64,000 nucleotides of DNA from Azolla caroliniana (GCA_043228905.1 JBHGNT010000002.1:14632001-14696000), one strand, 5' to 3'; shown: positions 12,360 through 23,730, counted from the first letter of the stretch. Program-made: numbers and translations. Notes: generated by a model from the letters alone, not told the origin.

Positions 12360-12806
12360 CCTTGCCCACCACACCACGTCTATACATGTTAGAGCCCATA
12401 CTGTTATCTGCCATTCGAACCATTGCTTCCATGCGACTTAGCTCACATGCATTGCGATGTGAAACAGAGCATTGGGGTACAAGTGATGAGAGTGGTCGGT
12501 TATGCACACTTTGCCCTAAACAAGTTTGCGAGTCTGAGTATCGCACTTTGACACAATGCTCTGCCTTTGATCATATTCGACCATGCTTTCCACATCTCTT
12601 CGATCGAGCCCAATCTTTGCATGAATTCCTCTCACAACCACAATGTGCACTCTCGATTGCAACATTCATTGGTAAAGTTCTTGAACATCGAGAGTCACTA
12701 CTCACTTTCACACGTATCACGTGAAATGTAATATTTTTGGTCTCATAGGTCATATTTGATCTCCAAAGACGATAATATAATCTATCTATCTATCTATCTA
12801 TCTATC
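12360..12806 (+). mobile_element. 5'-truncated LINE (ORF2 C-terminal zinc-finger region, 3' UTR, (ATCT)n tail)
   Basis: MRLSSHALRCETEHW...RLCTLC...ESEYRTLTQC parallels LRISSHQLEIENG...RICRLC...EDEYHFTCKC of the neighbouring LINE. Tetranucleotide tail at 12780-12806. Confidence 0.85.
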
Positions 12807-13184
12807 TCTCTCTCGCTTCCTTGTCTCTGTGTAACGGCTCTTTCTGCCGTTGCTGTCGCCGTTTATTGTCATCGCCGTCGTCTGCAGCCGCTGTCTGCTG
12901 CTGACTGTTGTTGTCGTCGTCTGACGACTACCGCTATCTGCTGTTGTCGCCGTCTGCAGCCGTTGTTTGTCGTCTGCTGTCGTCGTCACTGTCGCCGTCG
13001 CGGGGTGTTTCTTCTCCGTTTTCTCTTGATGTTGTGAAGTGCCATTTTCTTGACGAGTTCGTGGGTGGGTTCTTTTGGTGTGCTCGTCGCGTGCTACAAA
13101 ATGTCGATGTGATTGCAACATACACACAAACTCGGCTAAGTCTCGAACCCATTTATTTTACCTTTTTTTCTTATTGACACCACA

Positions 13185-13997
13185 ATGACGTCTAAACGAA
13201 CTAAGGAACATAAGGATATACAAGACGAGGCTATAAGTAAGGAGAACTTTTTAGATATGTTTAATCGTTTAACAAAAATAGAGATGGATATGAAAAAATG
13301 GGTGAAAGACGCTGAAACCCACAAGAAAAAAGATAGAGAGGAAAAAGACGCCCTGAAGGCCGAAATAGAACAACTTAAAGTGGAAAACACTGACCTTAAA
13401 AAACAACTTAAGGACATCGAGGTATCTCGAGAAGACGGTGAAATATCCTCTATAGAGGATATAAAGGATGAAATTAAAAAAGTTAAAGAGGAAGTTAATA
13501 ATAACATAGAGTTAGCTAAAACGGGTTGGGTAGATGTGGTTAAAAGAAACATTAAAAAAGAAATAAAAGATGAAAATATTGTTAATACCACCCTTGAAGA
13601 AGAGAAAATGCGTCAGGCCCGACGCTTAAATGTACGTGCCACTGGGCTCAAGGAAGGTGCATCCCCAAATGAGGATGCACAAACACTTGGGAAAATGTTA
13701 GGGTACACAAAGGCCCTACCTATCACCAAAGCATGGAGGGTCAGGCGTGACACAACTAGGAAGAGAGCCTTAGTCCTTCAATTTAAAGACTTAGACTCTA
13801 GAATCACTTTCTTTAAGAAGAGACCAATCCTTCAAGGAATGGGTGGGGACCCCATCTATCTCGATGAAGACCTCACTAAGATGCAAATTGAGCATCGCAA
13901 GAGTTGTATGCCACGAGTTATGCAAGCTCGTAAAGAAGGCCATCGCACCTTTTACCGAGACGGGCGAGTGATCATAAATGATCGCACTACTAATTGA
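13185..13997 (+). CDS. LINE ORF1 protein (coiled coil plus RRM-like/CTD region), 270 aa, open
   Basis: Heptad-rich N-terminal half; RRLNVRATGL, LVLQF and IYLDEDLT motifs typical of RRM-type ORF1; lies immediately upstream of the endonuclease. Confidence 0.85.
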   Translation: MTSKRTKEHKDIQDEAISKENFLDMFNRLTKIEMDMKKWVKDAETHKKKDREEKDALKAEIEQLKVENTDLKKQLKDIEVSREDGEISSIEDIKDEIKKVKEEVNNNIELAKTGWVDVVKRNIKKEIKDENIVNTTLEEEKMRQARRLNVRATGLKEGASPNEDAQTLGKMLGYTKALPITKAWRVRRDTTRKRALVLQFKDLDSRITFFKKRPILQGMGGDPIYLDEDLTKMQIEHRKSCMPRVMQARKEGHRTFYRDGRVIINDRTTN

Positions 13998-14003
13998 CAA
14001 CGT

Positions 14004-17000
14004 GTGGCCCATGTGACAGAAAATGCACTTAGGATGACCCTATGGAATTGTAATGGCGCACTCTGGGCACACCCCGGCCGCCTAGAGGAGATACTAAAGG
14101 TATCTGATATACTTTTCTTGGTAGAAACACATCAGAGCCCAAATAGAGGACTCCCACGGGTCGAAGGATTCCGTTGGGAGTCCGCTTTTAGACAAACCTC
14201 ATGTCGACACACTACTAGGGGATCTGGAACTGTCGCGATATTGTTTCGTAGAGAGCTACATAATAGGATAGAAATAATGAAGATAGACCCAGAAGCTCGT
14301 TTTATGTGGGTGAAAGTCTCCACAAGCAAAGACCATGCAGTATTTTTTGCCATTTGTTACTTTCCCCCAAAAGGATCCCGTTATAATATTGGTGGCTTGG
14401 CGAGATTAGTCGATGAAGGAATGCCACATGGGCCTTCTCCATACAAACCCCTATCAGATGACATAATCCGATATTCCTCCCAAGGAGAAGTATTTCTTGT
14501 AGGAGACTTCAATGCGAGAACCCAATCCTGACAATGCACAGTATTTCAGATGAATAGAAACCTAGAAATGGTAAATGTCGATCCTTTAGACATAGGCACC
14601 ACACGTAGATCAAAGGATCAAGGTACGGATGCCACGAGCTTTGACCATCATCTGCTCGAACTTGGCAGTCGGCACCGGATGGTCATATATAATGGTTTAG
14701 CTAAGTGGCCGCGCTCGGAAGAGCTCACATGTTTCCCACATGGAGGAGGGGAAAGCACAGTTGATTATCTAATAGGACGCCCTGAAGCTACCCACATGAT
14801 TAACTCCTTCCGAGTGGCCCCATGCCCTATTGGCGCAGACCATAGTTTCTTATACTTCGAGCTAAAATGTGATATCTCTAAGGTCACCAAGTCTAGTCAA
14901 CCATGCCATCACACCACAATACATTTCACACATGAGCTCTCTGACATATACTCTCAACATGTTCCGGCCCATCGCCCCTCCCTTGATCCCTCCCTACTGT
15001 TAGAAAGCCTTAGTACGAAACTGTTGAGAGACAAGCTCAACATCGGCCGGATCGGCTGAAGAAGCCGAGGACCGGATCGGTTGGGACCGATCGGTTAGGC
15101 CGAGTGCGTAAACCGGGAGGTCGTTAGGAAAGATATTCCGTGAGGAATATATTTGGGAGTTAGTGTAGGAGCTCTTGATGAGCATTGAAGTACTGTCAGT
15201 ACTTCGGTCAGTCCTTCTAGGACTTGTATAAAAGTTTTCACTGAGCACGTCTTATGTATAGACTGAGTATTATTATTGAATATAGTTTTCTGTTTTCCTC
15301 TCTCTGTCTCTCCTGCGTATACTGTGTAAGCCGAAGCTCTCCATTGAACCTGAGTTTCCTCCCTTTTGTTCGGTCTTCATACTTGCTTCCGCATGCTACT
15401 TTCTACATGGTATCAGAGCACGAGGGTTGAGAACCTCTCTACAGCCGACATAGCTTGACGAAGAAGAACGATGGATAGAGGCATGGCGAGCTCGCTTCCA
15501 AAAGAGAAGCTCGACAGAACCAACTACGCGTCTTGGTCTTACAAGATGCACTAGTACCTACTCGGGCACGGCTACTGGAGCTATGTCGAAGGAGCTAATG
15601 ACGCGGCACCCGAATCGACACACAGAGACTTCCCGTCGTGGGAGCAATCGGCGAGCAGGGTATTGTACTGCTTCGCGTCGTGTGTGGGCGAACAACTATT
15701 GAGCTATGTTCGGGATGCAAAGACGCCGAAAGGTCTGTGGGAAAATCTGAAGAAGATTTTTGCCGCGAGCACCACAGCCAGGAAGCTTCAGCTCCGACAG
15801 GAGTTGAGCAACCTACGACAACGCGACTTGTCGGTGGCGGACTATCCCTCGCCTCCATAGAGGTGAACATCGAGGAGAGCGAGATGGTCCAGATCTGTCT
15901 CGGAGGTTTGGCGTCGAAGTTCGGAGCGTTCCGAACGGCTGTGTGTACTCGGGAGAATACGCCGTCCTTCTTTGACTTACAGTCAATGCTCCTGGTAGAG
16001 GAGAACCACGTGGGTGCGTCTACAAGCACGCACACCGACAGCAGAATGTTGTACACGGAGGGAGATAGGCCCCGTGGACGTGGAGGACGAGGCGAGTCGG
16101 CGCGCAATGGAGGCAGCCGACGAGATCAAGGAAGAAGGCACCGAAGTGATGCGGATAGCAACTCCGGACCCTTCGGAAACAGGGGGAGTCAAAGCAATGA
16201 GAACCGGCAAGGGAAGTCCATCGCGGAGTGCTGGTACTGTGGCAAGAAAGGCCACAGGGAAAGTGAGTGCTGGAAGAAGCGCGCCGATTCGGAGAGAACT
16301 GGTTCCGGGAGCGGCTCTAGACATACCAACAAGGGAAATTGGCAGCGATCGCACTACGCCGAAGACTCCGGGAGAGTCGGAGAAGGGATTGCCTTCGTGA
16401 CGAGACACGAAGCAAACTCAATGAAACAGACCACCCCGAGATCGGACGAGGTGTGGTACGTAGACTCCGGCGCGTCAAACCACATGACGAGCCATAAGGA
16501 GTGGTTCTCGTACCTTGAAAAACCGATACAACCTGGAGTAGTCGCAACTGGAGACGACACTCCGCATCCGATCGCGAATGTCGGAGAAGTTCCCCTTAGC
16601 CATGTCGGGAAGAAAGGGAAACTCATGAACGTGCTGCACGTCCCGACAATCACGAAAAACTTGGTCTCGGTCGGACAGATCGTCGACCAAGGGATGGAGG
16701 TTCGGTTTACACACCTCGGGTGCTTCATTGAGGAAGAAGGCCGTGTGATTGCGCAAGGGCGCAGAGACGGGAGGATGTTCATCCTCGACTCCACTGACGG
16801 CGGCACCGCAATGTACGCGAAGGGAAGAAAAACCGAGTCGGACATCGACTTGTGGCACAAGCGGATAGGCCACGTCAACCACCAACGGCTTCAAGATCTG
16901 CAATCGAAACAGGTAGTATTCGGATTGCCCAAATTTAGTGGCCAAAAGGCACAAATTTGTGAAGCCTGCCAGCTCGGGAAGCAACACCGACTTCCTTTCC

Positions 17001-20000
17001 CCAACGAGCAAAATCGGAGCCGGAACAAGCTCGACCTAATACACTCCGATGTATGGGGGCCGGAGTCTTGGCGGGAGCCGATATTTCGTCTCCTTCATCG
17101 ACGACCACACGCGGCACACGTGGATCTACCTCATTGAGAGGAAGAGCGAAGTCTTCGACTGTTTCCGGGACCTCAAAGGGTTCGTGGAAACGGAAACGGG
17201 ACGAAAGATCAAGTGCCTGCGGTCGGATGGCGGGAAAGAGTACTTTTCCGGTCAATTCAACGGTTATCTACAACAAATGGGAATTCGGCGCGAATTCAGT
17301 TGTAGATACACGCCAGAGCAGAACGGCGTGGCCGAGAGGAAGAATCAGTCAGTTGTGGAAGTGGCACGGGCAATGCTGGAGGAGAAGAGCTTGCCCAAGT
17401 TCTATTGGGCCGAGGCGGTAAGGACCGCGGTATACATCCAGAACCGGATCGGAGACAAAGTGTCGGCGCACGAGCTATAATTCGAAACGAAGCCGAACTT
17501 GCGACACTTGAGGGTGTTCGGTAGCATTGTGTATGTGCATGTACCGAAGGAGAAAAGGAGGAAGCTGTACGCAAAGGCCGAGAAATGCATCTTGGTCAGT
17601 TACTCGGACGAGCAGAAGGGTTATAAGTGTTATAACCCTCGCACCAAACGAGCGCGTGTCAGCCGCGACGTTGTGTTTGACGAGTCCGCGTCTTGGTACC
17701 TGCCCCCTACTCGGAACCCCGACTCCAATACGAGTTCTGACGATAAGGTCAGCGAGGCTGAGATGCCTCCGGATGAGCCCGAAATCGAGACCCGCGAAGA
17801 GAGTCCGATTTCACTCCGGTTAAGTGGACCGATTGGACGACTGAGTTGGTACGACCAGTCTGATGAAGAGCCGGCGAGTAGTGGAGACTCGACCGTGCAT
17901 TCCCCGCGTAGGAAGCCGAGGAGACGGCTTCCGCGGAAAGAGAAAGGGAAGAAGAAGGTGTCGGATTTCGGCACGGATAGGAACGAGTCAGACCGACGCG
18001 AGTCAGACTCCGAGGGAACCGGTGACGGGTCTTTAAAGGTGAAGACCGCGTCGACCGAGAAGGCCTTGACATCGGCTAATGTGAGATTACACCGATCTAC
18101 CCGCGAAAAGAACCCAATTGTGCGGTTCGGATACAACGAGTACATGGCGCATCATTATGCGTACATGACCCGTGTAGCGGAAGTGCGTGAACCGGGGAGC
18201 TACGTAGAAGCGGCTAAAGACGCGAATTGGCGTGCCACGATGGAGGAAGAGATGCACACATTGACGGAGAACGAGACCTGGGACCTGGTTGACGCACCAA
18301 CAGGGGTAAAACCGATCGGGTGTAGGTGGGTGTACAAGGTCAAGTACAACACCGATGGCTCAGTCAACTAGTACAAGGCTCGACTGGTGGCAAAGGGCTA
18401 CGCGCAGAAACACGGCATCGACTACGATGAGACGTTTGCGTCGGTCGCGAAAATGACGACCGTCCGTGCTGATTGGGCTGGCAACGCCGCCGATCGCCGA
18501 TCCACGTCTGGATACGCGTTCTCCCTCGGGAGTGCTGCGATCGCGTGGAGCAGTAAGAAGCAGCCGACAGTTGCCCTGTCGAGCACCGAAGCTGAGTACC
18601 GAGTAGCGGCTGTCGCGACATGCGAAGCCATATGGTTGAAGCGGCTACTTAAGGACCTGCAAGTGGAGGTGTCAGATCCGACGACGATCTACTGCGACAA
18701 CCTCAGCAGCATCCAGCTCGCGAAAAACCCCGTTTTCCACGCACGGACCAAGCACATTGAGGTGCACTACCATTTCGTCCGTGAGCGTGTCCTTTCCGGT
18801 GAAGTCGAACTTCAGTACGTTCCGACGGATCGGCAGACTGCCGACATCTTCACCAAGCCTCTTGGTCTGGACAAGTTACGGCAATTCTCCGGTGCGCTCG
18901 GGTTGCGTCACCTTGATGTGCCGAACTTGAGGGGGAGAACAGTCCCGAACGACCAAGCAAGGCAGCAGGAAAGGAGCGGACACCGCGACACCGAGTCGGT
19001 TGACAAGTTCGACATCGGATCGGCTGAAGAAGCCGAGGGCGGACCCGCGGAAAAGTTCGGAAGAGGACAAAAGGGGAGCAGCCGAAGGAGAGAGCCAAAG
19101 ACAACCACGCATGGGGGAGATGACGCCATCAAGGGCGAGAAGACCGAAGACGAGTTGAAGACAGCCAACTCGGACGAGAGCGAAAACCGATCGGAAGTAG
19201 CCGAGTCGGTTCGGATGTTTGATTCAAACACGCTGAATCAACCGAGGCCCAAGTGGAAGAAAAGGCAGCAGGAGAAGCGTCAACACCACAACAACAGAAG
19301 AGCTGATAAGGGACGCATGAGCAGACAAGCCGACCGAAAGGGTCGAAGCGCGCGGAGTCGAACAGGTCGAGGAGCGCGAGCGAGGCGAGAAGCCAGGAGG
19401 AACCGGTGCTCTGAAGATCCTGAAGAGCCTCAAGTTGAGCTTGAGGGGGAGTGTTGAGAGACAAGCTCAACATCGGCCGGATCGGCTGAAGAAGCCGAGG
19501 ACCGGATCGGTTGGGACCGATCGGTTAGGCCGAGTGCGTAAACCGGGAGGTCGTTAGGAAAGATATTCCGTGAGGAATATATTTGGGAGTTAGTGTAGGA
19601 GCTCTTGATGAGCATTGAAGTACTGTTAGTACTTCGGTCAGTCCTTCTAGGATTTGTATAAAAGTGTTCACTGAGCACGTCTTATGTACAGATTGAGTAT
19701 TATTATTGAATATAGTTTTCTGTTTTCCTCTCTCTATCTCTCCTGCGTATACCGTGTAAGCCCAAGCTCTCCATTGAACCTGAGTTTCCTCCCTTCTGTT
19801 CGGTCTTCATACTTGCTTCCGCACGCTACTTTCTATAGAAACTCACACACATCCTTCACTCCGCAGCAGCTAGCAGTTTCCCATATACAAAACACTCAAA
19901 TCAAGGTAGATTAGGATCAATGCCACAAAATAAATGGTATGATGAGGATTGTAGGGACTTACATAGACAACTTACAGTATCGCAACTCAATGGTAGTATT

Positions 20001-22568
20001 ACCTCCATACAAGCTCGCAAAGAAATGCGCAAGATGACACGTCGTAAAAGACGAGCGTGGGAGGCATCCCAATATTGGGAACTCTACCATATGCTCATGA
20101 GCAGCGATTGCGCCACGGCATGGAAGAGACAACGGGAGCCAAGACCACAAACACCCATCGAAGATCCCGAAACTTGGCACACATATACAAAGAGACTTTA
20201 CCAAATCCCAAACCAACCACCCATTCCAATGCCTTCCACACCCCGGCCTACCACGGGGACACTTTTCACGACCTCTAGGGTCATGAAGGTCATAAAGAAA
20301 TTACAACATAGGAAGTCCATGGACCACACAGGATTGCAAGCAGAACACATTATATATGCGAGAGAGTGCCTAGCTCCCTTGCTAACTCTAATCTTCAATC
20401 GTGCCCTTGCGGAGGGTTTTCTACCACAGTGGACTATGAATACAGTGGCCCCCATACATAAAGGGGGGGACCCCATGGACCCAAATACATATAGGACCAT
20501 TATGATAGGCCATACCCTTGCTAAGTTATATGGTGCAGTAATGGAAGCGGAGCTTACCGACTATATGGAGACCCTAAACCTTCGTGCACCTGAACAAGCT
20601 GGCTTTAGACGAGCCTTCTCCACTATTGATCATATCTTCACACTTAGATGCCTCATTGACCAAACTAAGGCTCGCAAGAAGAAATTATATTGTTGTTTTG
20701 TGGACTTCCGCAAAGCCTTTGACACAGTCCCTAGAGAGCGGTTGTTTGATAGACTTAAAAGCTTGAGGATACCAGATGATATGGTATGGGCCATCTACGC
20801 ACTATATGAACAAGTGTCCAGGTGTGTCCGATGCCCATGTGGCCTATCTAATCGTTTCACTAGCACTATTGGTGTAAAACAAGGTTGCTCCCTATCACCG
20901 ACGCTTTTTGGGATCTACATTGATGAGATCACAGATTTTATTGCTCGAGAGGGAGGCACCGAAGTGGTCCTTGGGGATACGCAGGTTCGTATCTTGCTCT
21001 ATGCGGATGACATAGTTTTGCTCTCTGAATCCGAACACGACCTACAAAGGCACCTTAATGCCTTAGATGACTTTTGTGTACAACGAGGATTGGTAGTGAA
21101 TCTAGGGAAAACGAAAGTCCTTATCTTCCACACATCGGCCCAAGTTAGAGCTAAGTGTCACTTAACTATCTCCCATAGCCCAATCGAGGTGGTTGGATCA
21201 TACGTCTATCTCGGAGTCACTTTTAGTGCCCGCTTAGGTAAATTTTCGATGACACAGGCAGCGAAGGATAGACTCACGAGAGGACATGCATCCCTCTCAC
21301 TCCTAGAGAGACAATGCCACCAAGCACACTTTCAAGAGCCACGGACTAAAGGGTGGCTCTTTGACTCATTAGTGACCCCCTCCCTCATGTATGCATCAGC
21401 GGTTTGGGCTCCAGGATTACCATCTTTCATGTGGACGCAATTAGAGAGACCATTGGTGATGATGCTATCACGCCAACTCCGAAGGAAATCGACTGTACCA
21501 CATGACATTATTAGGGCTGAGTTCACGTTACCCCCAATGTGAGTAGAGGCACTTTTTCAACTTGTAGTCTTCATTGATAGGATACATAGCCAACCACATG
21601 ATAGAATATCTCATCAAGCCTTTAAGGCCTCTCGATCATTGTATGAGTCCGGCTATACTAGCTCATGGTATGGCATGATGGTGAGTTGGCTTCTTGCGAA
21701 TGGTCTAGACATTAATAACCTACCTCCCCTTAGGTACAACCACACGAGTGATGACACTTTAATCTCTCATGAGGACCGCAATAAAGTAATACGCCAAGAA
21801 ATATGGCAAATTTACACTCGGTGTAAATGGATCACCCCACTAGAGCCACTCCCATCTAAAATGTTGTACTATAAGAAACACTTCATGCACTTCTCTGAGT
21901 TAGGTTTTATCACGCGGCCAAAATATCTAGATGTATTCTTACCACATGCACTAAGGGTTGCCATTGGACAACTTAGAATATCATCTCACCAACTTGAGAT
22001 TGAGAATGGTTGTACTAGTGGAGTCCCTAGGGAGGAAAGGATATGTAGGTTATGTCACATAGAGATAGAGGATGAGTACCACTTTACATGCAAGTGTCCA
22101 ACCTATGCCGAGATAAGGGCAAAATACCAAGACATACTTGGTTCGTCTCCCACCCTCCCCAAACTATTAGATACTCTAGATATAAAGAAATTAGGCAAAT
22201 ACATTCTAGAGCTAAAACAACACAGAGAGAATAAGTTACAAAATGTTGACAATAATGTTGCTAATGATCACGTACATGTAACAAATGAAGTTTTTCAGGA
22301 ACAGGGGGAGACAACGAATGTTGACACACTTGCACCACTCGGCCTTTCCATTGATGAGGCAGAAAGCCAGAGAAGAACCAGACGTCCTCGTGTGCCGGGT
22401 TTCAAAGCAACTCGACGTGATGTGGAAGCAATATTGAAAATAAGGGAACGTGAGCTACACCGCCTAGAAGCCATGGCTAGGGCACTCTCTACATTGGAAC
22501 CACGGGTCACACCCACATCAAGACCCTTTGACCCCCCACTTCTTTTCGAGAGGCTTGGGTGGAAATAA
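14004..22568 (+). pseudogene. LINE ORF2 (APE endonuclease 14004-15021; RT and zinc finger 19838-22568), disrupted by stops and a Copia insertion
   Basis: LWNCNG, FLVETH, LVGDFNART, STVDYL, GADH (APE); EQAGFRR, FVDFRKAFDTV, GVKQGCSLSPTLF, LLYADDIV, YVYLGV (RT); C-x2-C...H-x3-C knuckle. Confidence 0.93.
15022..19837 (+). mobile_element. Ty1/Copia element C with an internal RT deletion
   Basis: 386-bp LTRs at 15022-15407 and 19452-19837 (~11 mismatches by eye). Perfect TSD gaaac. PBS tggtatcagagc at 15408-15419. PPT at 19441-19451. CWYCGKKGHRESEC knuckle, WYVDSGAS protease, IN core and ADIFTK RNaseH are present. Confidence 0.97.
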
Positions 22569-22747
22569 AATTAGGCTTAGTGTATAGTCACTTTCGAGTA
22601 TACTACGTATTGTACACTACTAGAACTCTTTTAGTTTAAGTTCTATTTTTCACTTAATTTTATTTTAGTTATGATGACTGGATAAATACTCTCTTGTTGT
22701 AAACCAATTGTCTCATGGGCCAAATTTGGCCTTAGAAGACGTTAATA

Positions 22748-22780
<33 letters not shown>

Positions 22781-22813
22781 CTCTCAATCTATGTTCTTAA
22801 GTATCTACATACG

Positions 22814-22900
22814 CATAGAATGCACCATACGTATCATTCGTGCATTCGCGAGAGAGAATGCTTCAAACCAACGCGTATGGTAAATCATCTCAAAGTTACA
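22814..22900 (-). mobile_element. Terminal fragment of a MITE related to the hAT MITE at 53083-53326
   Basis: catagaatgcaccatacgtatcattcgtgcattc aligns with the reverse complement of that MITE's right end (catagtatgaaccatgcgtaccatacatgcattc). Confidence 0.55.
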
Positions 22901-23264
22901 TTGGATTTATAAGTTGGAAAAATAAATAAAAATTGAAATTTCAAAAAATAACTATGATCTATATTATATATTCATTGAATCAAATGTCAACACAATTGAA
23001 AGTTCAAAACTTAGGAATTACTTAACTACTAAACATTAGAAAGCACGAACATAAAAATCAAATAATCCAAAGACATAATTGTATTGATGATGAGCTCATC
23101 TTGCAATTATCGATGTTCTCATCTCGCAACTAGCAAAGGTATCAATTTCTTCACTTTAGAACTTTACAAAAAAAAAAGAGTATGAACTATAGAGACTGAA
23201 TCAAAATATGCCATTATAAATTATAATCAAACGTTCAAAAACTCATAAAACGTATATTTGAGAA

Positions 23265-23411
23265 TATTGTGAAATGCACATAAGAGAACAAAACCAGCCT
23301 CGTTAGCTTCTTACTTCTTACTCAATTTATAGTTTATACAAAGGTACCCATTTGGGTTGGCTTAGCTAAAAAGGGTGTGCTAAAAGGGTGGCACAAAGGA
23401 ACACATGCACA
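23265..23411 (-). repeat. Right arm of the 147-bp inverted repeat pair (partner 9589-9735)
   Basis: Reverse complement of 9589-9735. Confidence 0.92.
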
Positions 23412-23515
23412 CACCACAATATGAAGAAAACATGACACTAACATAAAATTTTACTATTGACATGACACTAAAGAGAGAGAAAGAGAGAGAGGGAGGGAGA
23501 GGGAGAGGTGACATT

Positions 23516-23730
23516 AGCAATGGGCCCAGTTTCAGCTCAAACTGAACCGAACCGCTAAGTCGTGGCTTAATGGTTTATTGGTTCAAACTTAAATAATTAG
23601 TTTGGTTTGGTTTCAAAGTATACTATTCAGTTCGGTCTCGGTTCGGTTTCGGTTCGGTTCAGTTTTGGGTTTAACGATTTAGTGGTTTAAAGGCTTATCA
23701 GTTTATCGGTTTCGGTTTATAGGTTTAAAA
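23516..23730. mobile_element. Probable hAT-type DNA transposon end with a subterminal CGGTT/AACCG cluster
   Basis: Dense aaccgaaccg / tcggtt / ggttcggtttcggttcggtt motifs typical of plant hAT subtermini. No partner end was found. Confidence 0.5.

Larger units (their letters stand above)
12807..22785 (+). mobile_element. Full-length two-ORF LINE (RTE-X-like), interrupted by Copia C at 15022-19837
   Basis: Repetitive GC-rich 5' UTR, ORF1, APE endonuclease, RT, C-terminal CCHC, (CTTT)n tail at 22750-22780. Clade assignment is inference. Confidence 0.9.

Noticed and set aside
12756-13177. Cys/Arg-rich and Thr-rich ORFs
   Set aside because: Translations of the low-complexity repeats in the LINE 5' UTR.
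18938-19457. env-like gene
   Set aside because: No hydrophobic or transmembrane segment, and it is fused in frame to pol; reported as a charged tail instead.
15595-19678. Many overlapping antisense and alternate-frame ORFs over Copia C (likewise E, G, J, L)
   Set aside because: Expected shadows of GC-rich retroelement coding sequence; no recognisable motifs.
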